Notes under the pieces: generated by a model | Seen by the model: only the letters and a program-made list of their open reading frames with translations | The model's database searches: none | Told to the model about the DNA's origin: nothing | Position numbers and translations under genes: made by a program | Shown: positions 40,350 to 50,644 of the stretch, in pieces | Layout of the letters: the number at the start of each line of letters is the position of its first letter | Numbering within the stretch: position 1 is the stretch's first letter | Assembly: GCA_963726745.1 (NCBI GenBank) | Contig: CAVSDR010000004.1 | Span: forward strand, 224,001-288,000 | Reading direction: 5' to 3' | Length of the DNA: 64,000 bases | DNA from: an uncultured Verrucomicrobiae bacterium | GTDB lineage: Bacteria; Verrucomicrobiota; Verrucomicrobiia; Chthoniobacterales; UBA10450

Positions 40350-42074
40350 ATGGACGATCGGAAAACATCCCGCCAGGGCGCGGTCGGCACGGACGAGCCG
40401 CGGCTCCCGGAACGTTCGCTCCCGAGTTACGGCGAGCCAACGCCGGAGACGCATCGCAAACTGACCCGCGAAGAGGAAGCGGAGCTCGCGCTCAAGCGGA
40501 CCGCCTTCACCCGCTGGACGCCAGTGGTCTTGATCGCGTTTTTTCTGCTCACGATCGCTGCCGTGCCCGCGATCCAACTGGTGGCGGAACTGCGTGGGCC
40601 GCAGCGCGGGTTGCCGATGCTGAACGTCCTGAAAACGCTGCCTACTTGGGAGAAATTTCGCGGGCTGCGCCGCGTTCCCGGAGCTCACGGGACTGCTCCC
40701 ACGTGCGGAGGAGATCAAGGCCGCGGAAAAAGAACTCGAAGGCGACTCGGTGGTTTCGAAATGGCTCCTGCCGCCGGCGCAGGCGCTCCTCGCTGGGCGC
40801 CTGCGCGCGGGCACCGAGCAGGTTTACCTCGGCCGCGACGGCTGGCTTTTTTACCGGCCGGATGTGGACTACGTGACCGGCCCGCCTTTCCTCGCCCCGG
40901 CGCGCCTGCGGCATCGGGCGCACCTCGCCGCGGTCCAACCCGACCCGGTGCGCGCGATCGTGCATTTCCGCGATCAACTGGCAGCGCGCGGGATCGAGTT
41001 GGTGCTCGTGCCGGTGCCGACCAAGGCCACGCTCCAAGGCGAAATGCTGAGCGCGAAAGTGCCGGCTAACGAGTTGTTACAGAACGCATCGTTCGCAGAA
41101 TTTAAGCAGCGACTTCAGGCCGCCGGCGTGCGGCTCTTTGATCCGGCGCCGCTCTTGCTCGCGCGCAAACCAGCCCCGCTTTACCTGCGCACGGACACGC
41201 ACTGGCGCCCGGAGACGATGCAGTTCGTGGCCAAAGCGCTGGCTAATTTCCTCACGCTCCCGCCCGCCGGTGGAAGTGACGCGCAACGGCGATGCAGCCG
41301 GAGAGATCGCCGGCCAGGGCGACATCGCCCGCATGCTCAAGGCGCCGGAGGAAGCGCCGGAGCGGGTCACGATCGAACAGGTGCTGCATGGGACCGGCGT
41401 CTGGCGGCCGTCGCCGGACGCGGAGGTGCTACTTTTAGGCGACAGCTTCACCAACATTTTCTCGCTCGAGGCGCTCGGCTGGGGCGAGGCGGCCGGCTTC
41501 GCCGAGCACCTGAGCGCGGCCCTTGGCGGCCGTCCGCTCGACGCCATCCTGCGGAATAGCGATGGCGCCTTCGCCACCCGCGAAATTTTAGCCAACGAGC
41601 TTGGCCCGCGGACGCGACCGGCTCGCGGGCAAAAAGCTCGTCATCTGGGAATTCGCCGCGCGCGAGCTGGCTTTCGGGAACTGGAAGCTGCTCGATTTGA
41701 AACTCGGGAAGGCGCGGCCGACCGGCTTCCTTTCGTTAGGCAAAGGCGAGACGCTCGAGGCGTCCGGCACGGTCGCGGCCATCAGCAGCGTCCCGCGGCC
41801 GGGGACCGTGCCCTATGCCGACCACGTGCTCGCGGCGCAGCTGACCGATGTTTCCCTTCCCGGGAAAGAGCCGATGGAGGCGGTCGTCTACCTGCTCAGC
41901 ATGCGGGACAACGTCTGGACGCCCGCCGCGCGCCTGCGCCCGGGCGACCATATCCGGCTGCGCTTGCGGCCTTGGGCGGAGGCAGCGCCGGAGTTCGAGC
42001 AAATCAACCGGAGCGAACTGGACGATCCGGCGTTGCAATTGGAGGAGCCGGTCTGGGGCGAATTGCTCCCGTAG
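40350..42074 (+). CDS. AlgJ/AlgX-like O-acetyltransferase with C-terminal extra domain (several indels)
   Basis: Starts right after the MBOAT stop. GRDGWLFY, LVPVPTK, RTDTHW, GDI, LLGDSF, VIWEFAAREL are spread over four frame segments. Confidence 0.85.
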
Positions 42075-42174
42075 CGGAACGGTTGCAATTAGCTCGCTTC
42101 CGTGTTGAATATCCACCCGCTTCCCGGCTCGGCTGAGGCCGGCGCCATTCGGCGGTCATCTACCTTTCAAATCC

Positions 42175-42487
42175 ATGTTTATCCATTGCTTGCGCAAGCC
42201 GCCTCCCGCCGCCGCCGGACCAAATCCCGCTGGCTTCCTTTATCCCGATTATCCTGATCTTCGTGATCATGTATTTCCTGCTCTTCCGTCCGCAGATGAA
42301 GCGGCAGAAAGCGCAGGCCGCGATGGCTTCGGCCTTGAAGACGGGTGACCAGGTGATCACCGCTTCCGGGATTCACGGGCTGGTCTCGAACGTCAAGGAG
42401 CGGACGGTGATCGTGAAAGTCGCCGACAACGTGAAGCTCGAGATGGAAAAGTCCGCCATCACTACGGTGGTCAAAGCCGAAGCCTAA
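42175..42487 (+). CDS. yajC: Preprotein translocase YajC (5' part has indels)
   Basis: IMYFLLFRPQMKRQK, LKTGDQVITASGIHG; directly upstream of secD. Confidence 0.93.
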
Positions 42488-42489
42488 GC

Positions 42490-44818
42490 ATGAATCCTCT
42501 CCTCACTTTCTTCGCCGGTCTCATCCTGCTGATTCTTTTCGGGTGGTATTTCGCGACCGATTACGGGACGCGGAAGCGGGTGCTCGCGGCGGTGCTGGCC
42601 ATTCTTCTGGTGACCGTGAGCGTGGCCACGATCTGGCCGCCGCAAAAGCGCATCGCTCTCGGTCTCGACATCCAGGGCGGCACGTCATTCCTCATCCGGC
42701 TGGTCGGCGCGGAGAAGGAAGTAACCAAGGGCATGCTCGACCAGGCGGTCGAGGTGATCCGCAAGCGGGTCGACTATTTCGGCGGCGGCGAACCGATCAT
42801 TAGCCCAGTAGGCAATGACCGCATCCTGGTGCAAATCCCCGGGCTCGATACCGCGAAGATCCAGGAAGCGCGCGAGCAACTTTCGCGCGTGGCCAAGCTC
42901 GAGTTCTCGCTGGTCCATCCGCAGAACCAGCAACTCGTGGCCCAGATCGAATCCGGCCAGGGCATCATCCCGCCGGATTACCGACTGGTGACCTACACTT
43001 TCGAAACGAACGACGGCAAGAAGCAGGAGGAAAAGCTCCTGGTCCATCGTCGTCCCGACCTGACCGGCGACCATATCACGCACGCTTACGCGGCTTACCA
43101 GAATGAATGGGAAGTCGGGCCTGGAGTTCGACGCCGTGGGCGCGAAGAAGTTCGACGACCTGGCCGCGAATCATTTCCACGAGCGCTTCGCCATCCTGCT
43201 CGATGGCGCGGTGCAGTCCGCCCCTTCGATCAACGCGAAATACTTCGGCGGCCGCGCGCAGATCAGCGGCGGACGCATGGGCGAAAAGGAAGCGCGCGAT
43301 CTTTCGAGCGTGCTCGAGAACCCGCTGCAAACGCCGGTGAGCATCGAGGAAGAGCGCAGCGTCTCGCCGACGCTCGGACTGGATAGCATTCGCTCGAGCA
43401 TCATCGCCGGTCTTATTGGTCTCGCGATCACGCTCCTCTGCGTGGTGATTTATTACCGCTTCGTCGGCCTGATCGCGAACCTTGCGCTCCTGGTTAACAT
43501 CATCCTGCTGATCGGGGCGCTTACGCTGTTTAACTTCGTGCTCACCCTGCCCGGCATCGCAGGCATTATCCTGACCGTCGGCATCGCAGTCGACGCAAGC
43601 GTGCTCATCTACGAGCGCTTGCGCGAAGAACTCGCGCTGGGCAAGTCGCTCAAGGTCGCGCTCCAGGCGGCTTACGAGAAGGCCTTCAGCTCCATCTTTG
43701 ATGCGAACGTGACCACCTTGATCACCGCGGCGATTCTCTTCTGGATGGCGAGCGGCCCGGTCAAGGGCTTCGCCATCTCGCTGACTCTCGGCATTCTCGC
43801 TTCGCTCTTCACCGCGCTCATCGTCGGCCGGAGCGTGCTCAGCTGGTTCGTCGATACCGGCAAGGTGAAGAAGATCACAATGCTGCACCTGATCTCGTCG
43901 CAGCACGTGAATTTCCTCGGCAAAGGCCCGATCGCGGTCGCGGCTTCGGTGGCCTTGATCATCGCGGGCGCGAGCGCCTTCGTGATCCGCGGCGACCGCA
44001 ATTTTGGCGTCGACTTCAAGGGCGGCGATCTCATCACCATGAGCTCGAGCCAGCCGGTAAAAGTGGCGGACGTGCGCGAAGCGATCAAGCCGCTGAAGCT
44101 CGACGACGCGCCCATCCAGGAGTCGGTGCAGGCGGGCAAGAGCTACATCACCATCCGCGGCCCGATCAACACCAGCGAGGCGATCGAGAAGCAGATCATC
44201 CAGTCGATGCCGCAGGCTAATTTCAAGGTCGAGCAGGCGGAGCGCGTGGGCGCGCTCGTCGGCGGCGAACTCGCGCGGCGTTCGCTCTGGGCACTCGGCA
44301 TCGGCATGCTCGGCATTCTCCTTTACGTCACCCTGCGCTTCGAGCTCTCCTTCGCCGTCGGCGCGATCGTAGCCGTCTTGCACGACGTCTTGATCACCAT
44401 CGGCGTCTTCTCGCTCCTCGGGCGGGAGTTGACCCTGACGATGGTCGGCGCGGTCCTGACGATTGCCGGTTACTCGATCAACGACACCATCGTGGTCTAC
44501 GACCGCATCCGCGAAGGTCTGGCCAGCGGCCGCAAGGGCACGATCGAGCAAATCATGAACGAGAGCATCAACCAGACGCTCAGCCGCACCCTGCTCACCA
44601 GTATCGTGACTTTGATCCCGATTTTCTGCCTCTTCTTCTTCGGTGGCTCGGTCCTGCGCGACTTCGCGCTCGCGATTATCATCGGCGTTGCCGTGGGCAC
44701 TTACTCGTCCATTTTCGTGGCCTCGCCGATCGTTCTTTGGTGGACCCGCGCCCGCCGCGGCAGCCTCCGCCAGGAGGTCACCCAGAAAGCGGCCGCGGCC
44801 AAAGTCCCGGTCGGCTAG
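42490..44818 (+). CDS. secDF: Fused SecD-SecF translocase subunit (frameshift near 43115)
   Basis: LGLDIQGG, LTLPGIAG, IFDANVTT (SecD) continuing in-frame into GVDFKGG, GYSINDTIVVYDRIRE, GTYSSIF (SecF). Confidence 0.96.
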
Positions 44819-44836
44819 GAAAGTTATTCACAGAGG

Positions 44837-44865
44837 TTGACGCCCCTTCGGCCCCCGCTTAGGAT
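44837..44865 (+). promoter_or_regulatory. Sigma70 promoter for rpsU
   Basis: TTGACG-N17-TAGGAT, 50 nt upstream of the ATG; GGAG RBS present. Confidence 0.75.
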
Positions 44866-44914
44866 CGCGTTCGCCGGCGAAGCCGGACATTTTTCCCAAA
44901 CACGGAGACACAAC

Positions 44915-45112
44915 ATGCCAGAAGTTATCGTTCGCAAAGGTGAGCCAGTCGATCGCGCGTTGAAGCGCTTGAAGAACAAGCTCGACGCCGAGGGCATTCT
45001 CGAGGAAGTGCGCCGCCTGCGCGCCTTTGAGACGCCGACGCAGAAAAGCCGCCGCAAGGCCAAGGCGAACGCCAAGCGCGGACGGACGAAATTCCGCTTT
45101 AACCCCTCGTAG
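44915..45112 (+). CDS. rpsU: 30S ribosomal protein S21
   Basis: MPEVIVRKGEPVDRALKRLK...FETPTQKSRRK. Confidence 0.95.
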   Translation: MPEVIVRKGEPVDRALKRLKNKLDAEGILEEVRRLRAFETPTQKSRRKAKANAKRGRTKFRFNPS

Positions 45113-45148
45113 ACCGAGGTTTAGACAGCGCGCTGTGCGGTGCGCGTG

Positions 45149-45541
45149 TTAGGGTTTTCGATGAGCTCCGGAGGCATAGCCCCGGAGCTTTTTTGTGACA
45201 AAACTGATCACCAACGGGCGAACCATCATTCCCACGACCTTGGCCAAGGTCATGGCCAGGCCAGCCTTCAAGACCGGCGATTCCTCGTTGTTTTTCCCGC
45301 CGCGCACGCGGATCACTTTTCGCTGCGTCGAGCTTCCAAAACGCGCCGTCAGAACCACGCCGACGATGACCGCCCCGGCGATCCAGGTGACGCTCCGGCG
45401 CTGAAAGGAACGCCGCAGTGTGCGCGGGAAATCAAGCCCGGCGCGCACCCCGCCCATGTCCCGGCCGAGGCGCATGCGCGAGAGGGCAATCTCCTGCCGC
45501 AACTCCGCTATCGATTTTCCTGCTTCGTGCTCTTGAGCCAT
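45149..45541 (-). CDS. YqjK-like membrane protein
   Basis: ELRQEIALSR.RL helix + TM segment; third gene of a yqjD-yqjE-like triad. Confidence 0.6.
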   Translation of the reverse strand: MAQEHEAGKSIAELRQEIALSRMRLGRDMGGVRAGLDFPRTLRRSFQRRSVTWIAGAVIVGVVLTARFGSSTQRKVIRVRGGKNNEESPVLKAGLAMTLAKVVGMMVRPLVISFVTKKLRGYASGAHRKP

Positions 45542-45930
45542 TCGCGGTCCCTTTGTAATTCCGCCAGGCTGGCGGGGAAAATAGGCTTCGACATCTGCAG
45601 ACGGGCGAAAAAGCCGCAGCCGATTGCCAGGAGGATGTTCAGAAGCGCGGCCAGCAGCGCGATCCAAAGCCAGGAAATATTCGTCGCGTAGGCGATCCCG
45701 AAGATCGCCGCCACCACCAGGAAAACCCAAGCGAGGCCGAGCAGAAGAAGCGCCGCCACGAGCGCGCCCACCATGAGCACGATCTGCGTCAACCCACCCT
45801 TCGACTCGTGCGCGAAGAGCGCGATCCGGCACTCCAGCGCGCTGGCGAGCGAAGCGCCCAACGCGACCACACTGCCCACCAAGCCGGGTGGGCTGGCAGG
45901 GTTACGAAAGCGCTTCGGATCGCCAGCCAT
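45508..45930 (-). CDS. YqjE-like ('phage holin family') two-TM protein
   Basis: RIALFAHESK, two TMs, FPASLAELQRDREWL. Confidence 0.8.
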   Translation of the reverse strand: MAGDPKRFRNPASPPGLVGSVVALGASLASALECRIALFAHESKGGLTQIVLMVGALVAALLLLGLAWVFLVVAAIFGIAYATNISWLWIALLAALLNILLAIGCGFFARLQMSKPIFPASLAELQRDREWLKSTKQENR

Positions 45931-45944
45931 GCGCGCGCCGGAAC

Positions 45945-46242
45945 TCAGCGACGGAAGATGATCCCGAGGACAAAGCCGATCCCGAGCGCAGTGAAGACCG
46001 CTTTCGTCGGATTATCGCGCACGTATTGCTCGCCATCTTCCTGGAAGGTCCGCACCCGGCCGGAGGCGTCTTCCCAGGACCTGCTCGGCGCGTCCGCGAT
46101 ATTCGCCCGCCATCTCCGAGGCCGCGGTCTTCAAATCCTCCGCAGCTTTGCGCGCGTGGGTGCGGCTGCTCTCGAGTTTGCCAGTGCCGCTCGCGGAGGC
46201 CGCGCCGGTGGCACCTGTTTCCTGATTCATTTCTTCAGCCAT
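45945..46242 (-). CDS. YqjD/ElaB (DUF883) tail-anchored protein (one extra base near 46080)
   Basis: After correction ends YVRDNPTKAVFTALGIGFVLGIIFRR*. Confidence 0.85.
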
Positions 46243-46367
46243 GATTTTTTCTCCTTTGGGTTCGTTAGTCTCACTATCCCCCGCCCGCGGACGAGGGCAA
46301 GGCTGCGGCTAACTCTTCTCGATGAGAAACGAACCCCGGCGGCGCCTTGCGCTTGTGAGATCGCTCT

Positions 46368-46586
46368 CTATTTCTCGCGAAAAATAATCCGCGCCTTCGA
46401 AAGATCGTACGGCGAAAGCTCCACTTCCACCCGGTCGCCCGGCACGATGCGGATGAAATGTTTCCGCATCTTCCCCGAGATGTGCGCGAGCACGTTGCGC
46501 TTCCCCGGAAGCTCCACCCGGAACATGGTCCCGGGGAGGACCTGCGTCACGGTGCCCTCGGTTACGATCTGCTCCTCTTTCGCCAT
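46368..46586 (-). CDS. infA: Translation initiation factor IF-1
   Basis: MAKEEQI...[30 protein letters not shown]. Confidence 0.98.
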   Translation of the reverse strand: MAKEEQIVTEGTVTQVLPGTMFRVELPGKRNVLAHISGKMRKHFIRIVPGDRVEVELSPYDLSKARIIFREK

Positions 46587-46640
46587 CGCGGGAAATGCTA
46601 GCCAGTGCGAAATTTTTCTCAAGCCGCACCCGCAGTGGTC

Positions 46641-48470
46641 TCAAGGCGCCAGCGAAACCGGCCGCAAATATTCGCGCAGCTCCTCGCGCTTCCACCAATT
46701 TCCCGTTGCGCGGCGCTCCTCCGCGGTGGTGAACCGGTAGCGGTAGAGGATCGCCCGCACGTAGCGCGGCGGGCGCTCGGCGAATGGATTTTCCTCGAGC
46801 AAACCGGTAACGCTCGGGCTGCCCTCGAGCAGCCGCTGCACCAGGCCGTAGAACCAGGGGTTTCCTTGCGGACCGCCAAGCGCGGCGAACCACATTTGCC
46901 AATCGAGCCGCGGCTGGTGCGGCTGCACCCAGCGCGGCGCGCGCTCGAGCGGTCCCGGCTTCCAGCGGAAGCGATACGGCTGCCAGTCGATCCCATCCGC
47001 GCTGCCTTCGAGGATAATCTCCGGCCGCGTTCGGGTCATCACCCGGAAGAGCCCGTAGCCATTCACCGCCATGAACGGCGCGACCCGCGCGCGGACTGCC
47101 GCGAGCGGCTTTGGCCACGACCATTCCGGCCGAAGCGCGCTCCAAGTGAGGCCGGCGTTTAGCGGCAACGTAACGAGGAGAACCACGAGCGCCGGCGAGA
47201 GAATCCGCGCGCGCGGAATCCGCTCCGGACGCGCCCGCCGCAACCAGCGCGCCCAGAGCGAGTCATCAATCAACAGGAGGCAAAGCACCACCGTGAGGAG
47301 ATTGAAGAAGGCGTAGTTTCCCGTGAGCGCGATCGCGATTTGAAAGACGACCAGAAGCCCGCAGGCGCCCAGCCGCAGCCGGCGCGGCGCCCACAAAAAG
47401 AACGGCGCCACCAGTTCCACCGCGAGCGCAAAGCCCACGCCAAATTGCCGCAGCCACGCCGGCCCTTGATGCGCGAACCACGCCAGCACCGTCGGCAGCG
47501 GCTGCGTTTCGTAGTGGAAATCGAGCGAGCTTAAATCCCACCACGACAAGTCGCCGCTGGTCAGCTTCACCACGCCGGAGAGAAACATCAGCTTCCAGAG
47601 GAGCAGCTTGAGGAGAAACAAACCCGCCGGCGGCACGGGCGCGGCGCGGCGCAAACGCCAGCTCCAAGGCGCGAAAAAGATCGCCAAAAATCCCGTCTCG
47701 AGCAGGAGGATATCCCACTGGAAACTGAGGAATTCCTGACCTGCGATCGTGAGCGAGAGATAACTCCCATACAAAATAGCCAGCGAGATCGCTGGCAGCA
47801 GGCCGGCAATCAGGAGCAGCGAGAAGAGCACGCCCGTGCCGCAGAGGAATTGCAGGAAAAAATCGCTCGCATTTAGCCAGCACAATGTCGGCAGCAGCCA
47901 GGTCGCCCGCGCTCCCACCTGCTCGCGCGCCTGCTGGAGAAACGGTTCCACTGGCGAGATCCCCCCGCTCCCCACGAGCCCGTCGATTTGCACCCAAAGG
48001 GAAACGAAGGCGACCAGGAAAACCAGGCCGAGCGCGCGCAGGAAAACGTTGCGCGTGATTCCATAGGTCGGCCGACGCACCTCCGCACCCCAGAGCGCGC
48101 GCGAAAAAAACGAAGCCAGGCCGCGATTTCGCGCGACCAATGCGTAAGCCGCTTCCGCTGGACCGGGCAGAAGCTCATAGGCCCAGAGCGGGAACTTCCG
48201 CCCGCCTTGCCGCAGGCTGCGCGCCACCGCTTCCGCGCCGCGCGAAATCCGGCCATCCGGCTCCACCAAATAGACTGCGCGTTCATACTCCGCGGGCGCG
48301 ATTTCCGGAAAGCGATCCCTCACTTCTTGCGAAGGCTCGTAGTCCACCGCGTCGCCGGTCGAGTCCCGCCAGCGCTCGATCCACGCAGTGCAAAAGTGGC
48401 AGTCGCGATCGAAGATCATGAGCGGCTTCGCCGGCGGCTGGGCCACGCGACGGAGGGAAACGCGCTCCAT
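46641..48470 (-). CDS. Lipase maturation factor (LMF1) family protein fused to a DCC1-like thiol-disulfide domain
   Basis: N-terminal FDRDCHFC; FQWDILLLETGF, HYETQPLP, TGNYAFFNLL, NGYGLF, PHQPRLDWQMWFAAL. Confidence 0.9.
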   Translation of the reverse strand: MERVSLRRVAQPPAKPLMIFDRDCHFCTAWIERWRDSTGDAVDYEPSQEVRDRFPEIAPAEYERAVYLVEPDGRISRGAEAVARSLRQGGRKFPLWAYELLPGPAEAAYALVARNRGLASFFSRALWGAEVRRPTYGITRNVFLRALGLVFLVAFVSLWVQIDGLVGSGGISPVEPFLQQAREQVGARATWLLPTLCWLNASDFFLQFLCGTGVLFSLLLIAGLLPAISLAILYGSYLSLTIAGQEFLSFQWDILLLETGFLAIFFAPWSWRLRRAAPVPPAGLFLLKLLLWKLMFLSGVVKLTSGDLSWWDLSSLDFHYETQPLPTVLAWFAHQGPAWLRQFGVGFALAVELVAPFFLWAPRRLRLGACGLLVVFQIAIALTGNYAFFNLLTVVLCLLLIDDSLWARWLRRARPERIPRARILSPALVVLLVTLPLNAGLTWSALRPEWSWPKPLAAVRARVAPFMAVNGYGLFRVMTRTRPEIILEGSADGIDWQPYRFRWKPGPLERAPRWVQPHQPRLDWQMWFAALGGPQGNPWFYGLVQRLLEGSPSVTGLLEENPFAERPPRYVRAILYRYRFTTAEERRATGNWWKREELREYLRPVSLAP

Positions 48471-48474
48471 AAAG

Positions 48475-49245
48475 TTACCGGCTAAAACGCGCCCAGATCG
48501 GCGCATGATCCGAAGGCTCCTTGCCCTTCCGCATCTCGCGCTCTACCCCCGCTTCCACGCAGCGCGCGCCTAACGAGTGGCTCGCCAGGACCGCGTCGAT
48601 CCGCAGCCCGCGATTCTTTGGAAAGGAAAGCATCCGGTAATCCCACCAGGTAAAGATGCCGCCTTCCGGCCGGCAGAGTCGCAAAGTGTCGGCTAAACCC
48701 GCGGCGCAGAGTTCCCGGAAAGCCGCCCGTTCACCCTCCGAGCACATGATCGACCCGCGCCAAAGCTCCGGGTCGTGCACATCCACGTCTTCCGGCGCGA
48801 CGTTGAAATCGCCGCAAACCGCGAGGTCGCTCGAGAGATCTTCATGCCTCGCAAGGCAGCGCCGCAGCCGCGCATACCAGCGCATCTTGTAGTCGTAGGC
48901 CGGCGAGCCGACCGCCTGGCCGTTGGGCGCGTAAACCGAGACGATGCGGACGCCGCCGACCGTTCCGGCAAGCACCCGCGCCTGCGGATCCTCCTCCTCA
49001 TCGCAGAGCGCTGCGCGCACGTCGGTGATCTCGCGGCGCGCGAGAATGGCCACGCCGTTATACGATTTCTGCCCGTGAAAGGCCGAGAAATAGCCGGCGC
49101 TTTGCAATTCCTCGGCGGGGAATTGTTCGTCGGTGCATTTCGTTTCCTGGAGGCAAACCACGTCCGGCTGCGTCTCCGCCAGCCAACCGAGCAATCGCTC
49201 CTGCCGCTTGCGCAGCGAGTTGATGTTCCAGGAGACGATTTTCAA
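48475..49245 (-). CDS. xth: Exodeoxyribonuclease III
   Basis: SWNINS, LQETK, YNGVAI, YAPNG, GDFN, FTWWDYR, GLRID, SDHAP. Confidence 0.96.
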   Translation of the reverse strand: MKIVSWNINSLRKRQERLLGWLAETQPDVVCLQETKCTDEQFPAEELQSAGYFSAFHGQKSYNGVAILARREITDVRAALCDEEEDPQARVLAGTVGGVRIVSVYAPNGQAVGSPAYDYKMRWYARLRRCLARHEDLSSDLAVCGDFNVAPEDVDVHDPELWRGSIMCSEGERAAFRELCAAGLADTLRLCRPEGGIFTWWDYRMLSFPKNRGLRIDAVLASHSLGARCVEAGVEREMRKGKEPSDHAPIWARFSR

Positions 49246-49258
49246 AGTGGGCGCGCCG

Positions 49259-50629
49259 CTAGAGCTCCAGCTCCACGCCGGGCGTGGGAATGATGATCTC
49301 GGATTCCGGCAGCGCCGCGGCCAGCTCGGCCCGCACCCACGCCACCGCCGCCGGGTCTCCATGGACCAGCACCACCTTCTTCGGCGCGAGCTTCTTCGTG
49401 TATTCCACGATCGATTCCCGCGACGCATGCGCGCTGAATTGGAACTTCTCGATCTGGCAGCGCAACTCCTGCGCCGGCTCCTCCGGGTCTAACGAGACCA
49501 AAGTTCCGGGTGCGGCCTCGCGCAGGATGCCCGCAGGCGAGATCGGGTCGGCATAGCCGACGAAGAAGATCGAATGCCGCGGGTCCTCGAGCACGCGGCG
49601 CGCGAAGATATTAGACAGCGTCTTCGGGGTCATCATTCCGCTGGAAAGCGCGTAGATCCGGCCCGGTTTCGCAGGCGCGTCGGCGATCGTCTGCCCATTG
49701 AGCACGAAGGGCTCGAGCTCCTGGAGCAATTGCAGGCGCGGGAAATTCCGCCGGCTGTTGAGCGCGAAACGGTCGTAGATTTCCGTCATCTTCATGCTCA
49801 AGCCGCCGATGTAGAGCGGGAAATCACCGAGCAATTTCTCCTTCCGGAAACGGTGGATCATGGCCAGCGCTTCCTGTGTTTTCCCGAGCGCAAAGACCGG
49901 CATGAGCACGCAGCCGCCGCGCTCGAAAGCCTTCGCGATCGCCTCGGCGAGCCGCGCTTCCTCGCCTTCGCGGGTGAAACCCGGCGGCTCCGGATGATCG
50001 CCGCGCGTCGTCTCCATGATGAGCACGTCGACTCCGCTCTCGGGAAAGGTCGCGCCCTTCGAGATCGTCTGGTCGGCAAAGTTCACGTCGCCGCTGTAGA
50101 ACACCGTCTGCCCTTCGCCGCGCAGGAGCACGCCGGCGGAGCCGAGCACGTGCCCGGCATCGACGAACTCGAAGGTCACGCCGCCGCGCGGCCCGCCGCG
50201 TTCGCCCGCGAGCGTGATCGGCTGACGGTAGCGGCAGGAACGCCAGAGATCGCTCGCGCGATTCGCCTCCTTGTGGGTGAAAAGCGGGTAGAGCGTGGTC
50301 CCGAGTTCCTCGCGCTGCCGCGTCATCACGTTCACGGAATTGTGCAACAAAGTGCTGCCTATTTCCGCGGTCGCCTCGGTCATGAAAACGCGCGCGTCCG
50401 GCTGCCGCCGCATCAAGACCGGGAGCGTCCCGAAGTGGTCCTGGTGCGCATGCGAGACGATGATCGCATCCACTTCGCGCCCGCCGAGCGCGGCGAAATT
50501 AGGCAGCGCATTGTCCCCTTCCATCTTCGGGTGCATCCCGCTGTCCAGGATCAGGCCCTCGTCGCCAAATTGGAGGTAATAGCAGTTCGCCCCGATCTCG
50601 ATCTGCCGTGTGAGATTGATGAATTTCAC
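49259..50629 (-). CDS. Beta-CASP metallo-beta-lactamase-fold nuclease
   Basis: SHAHQDH, AGHVLGS, YSGD, PVFALGKTQE, SSGM, FSAH, LVHGD. Confidence 0.92.
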   Translation of the reverse strand: MKFINLTRQIEIGANCYYLQFGDEGLILDSGMHPKMEGDNALPNFAALGGREVDAIIVSHAHQDHFGTLPVLMRRQPDARVFMTEATAEIGSTLLHNSVNVMTRQREELGTTLYPLFTHKEANRASDLWRSCRYRQPITLAGERGGPRGGVTFEFVDAGHVLGSAGVLLRGEGQTVFYSGDVNFADQTISKGATFPESGVDVLIMETTRGDHPEPPGFTREGEEARLAEAIAKAFERGGCVLMPVFALGKTQEALAMIHRFRKEKLLGDFPLYIGGLSMKMTEIYDRFALNSRRNFPRLQLLQELEPFVLNGQTIADAPAKPGRIYALSSGMMTPKTLSNIFARRVLEDPRHSIFFVGYADPISPAGILREAAPGTLVSLDPEEPAQELRCQIEKFQFSAHASRESIVEYTKKLAPKKVVLVHGDPAAVAWVRAELAAALPESEIIIPTPGVELEL

Positions 50630-50644
50630 GGCGCAAAAGATTCG

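Noticed and set aside
5209..44818. Frameshifts in rplF, fusA, ABC-F, tgt, PEP-CTERM, algJ-like genes, yajC and secDF as pseudogenes or programmed frameshifts
   Set aside because: They hit essential genes, both halves are intact, and no slippery-site pattern is shared. Uncorrected long-read indels are the simplest explanation.
42490..44818. SecD-SecF fusion as novel
   Set aside because: Fused SecDF is common and well described.
45508..45930. 'Phage holin' as evidence of a prophage
   Set aside because: It lies in a yqjD-yqjE-yqjK-like cellular triad, with no phage genes nearby.
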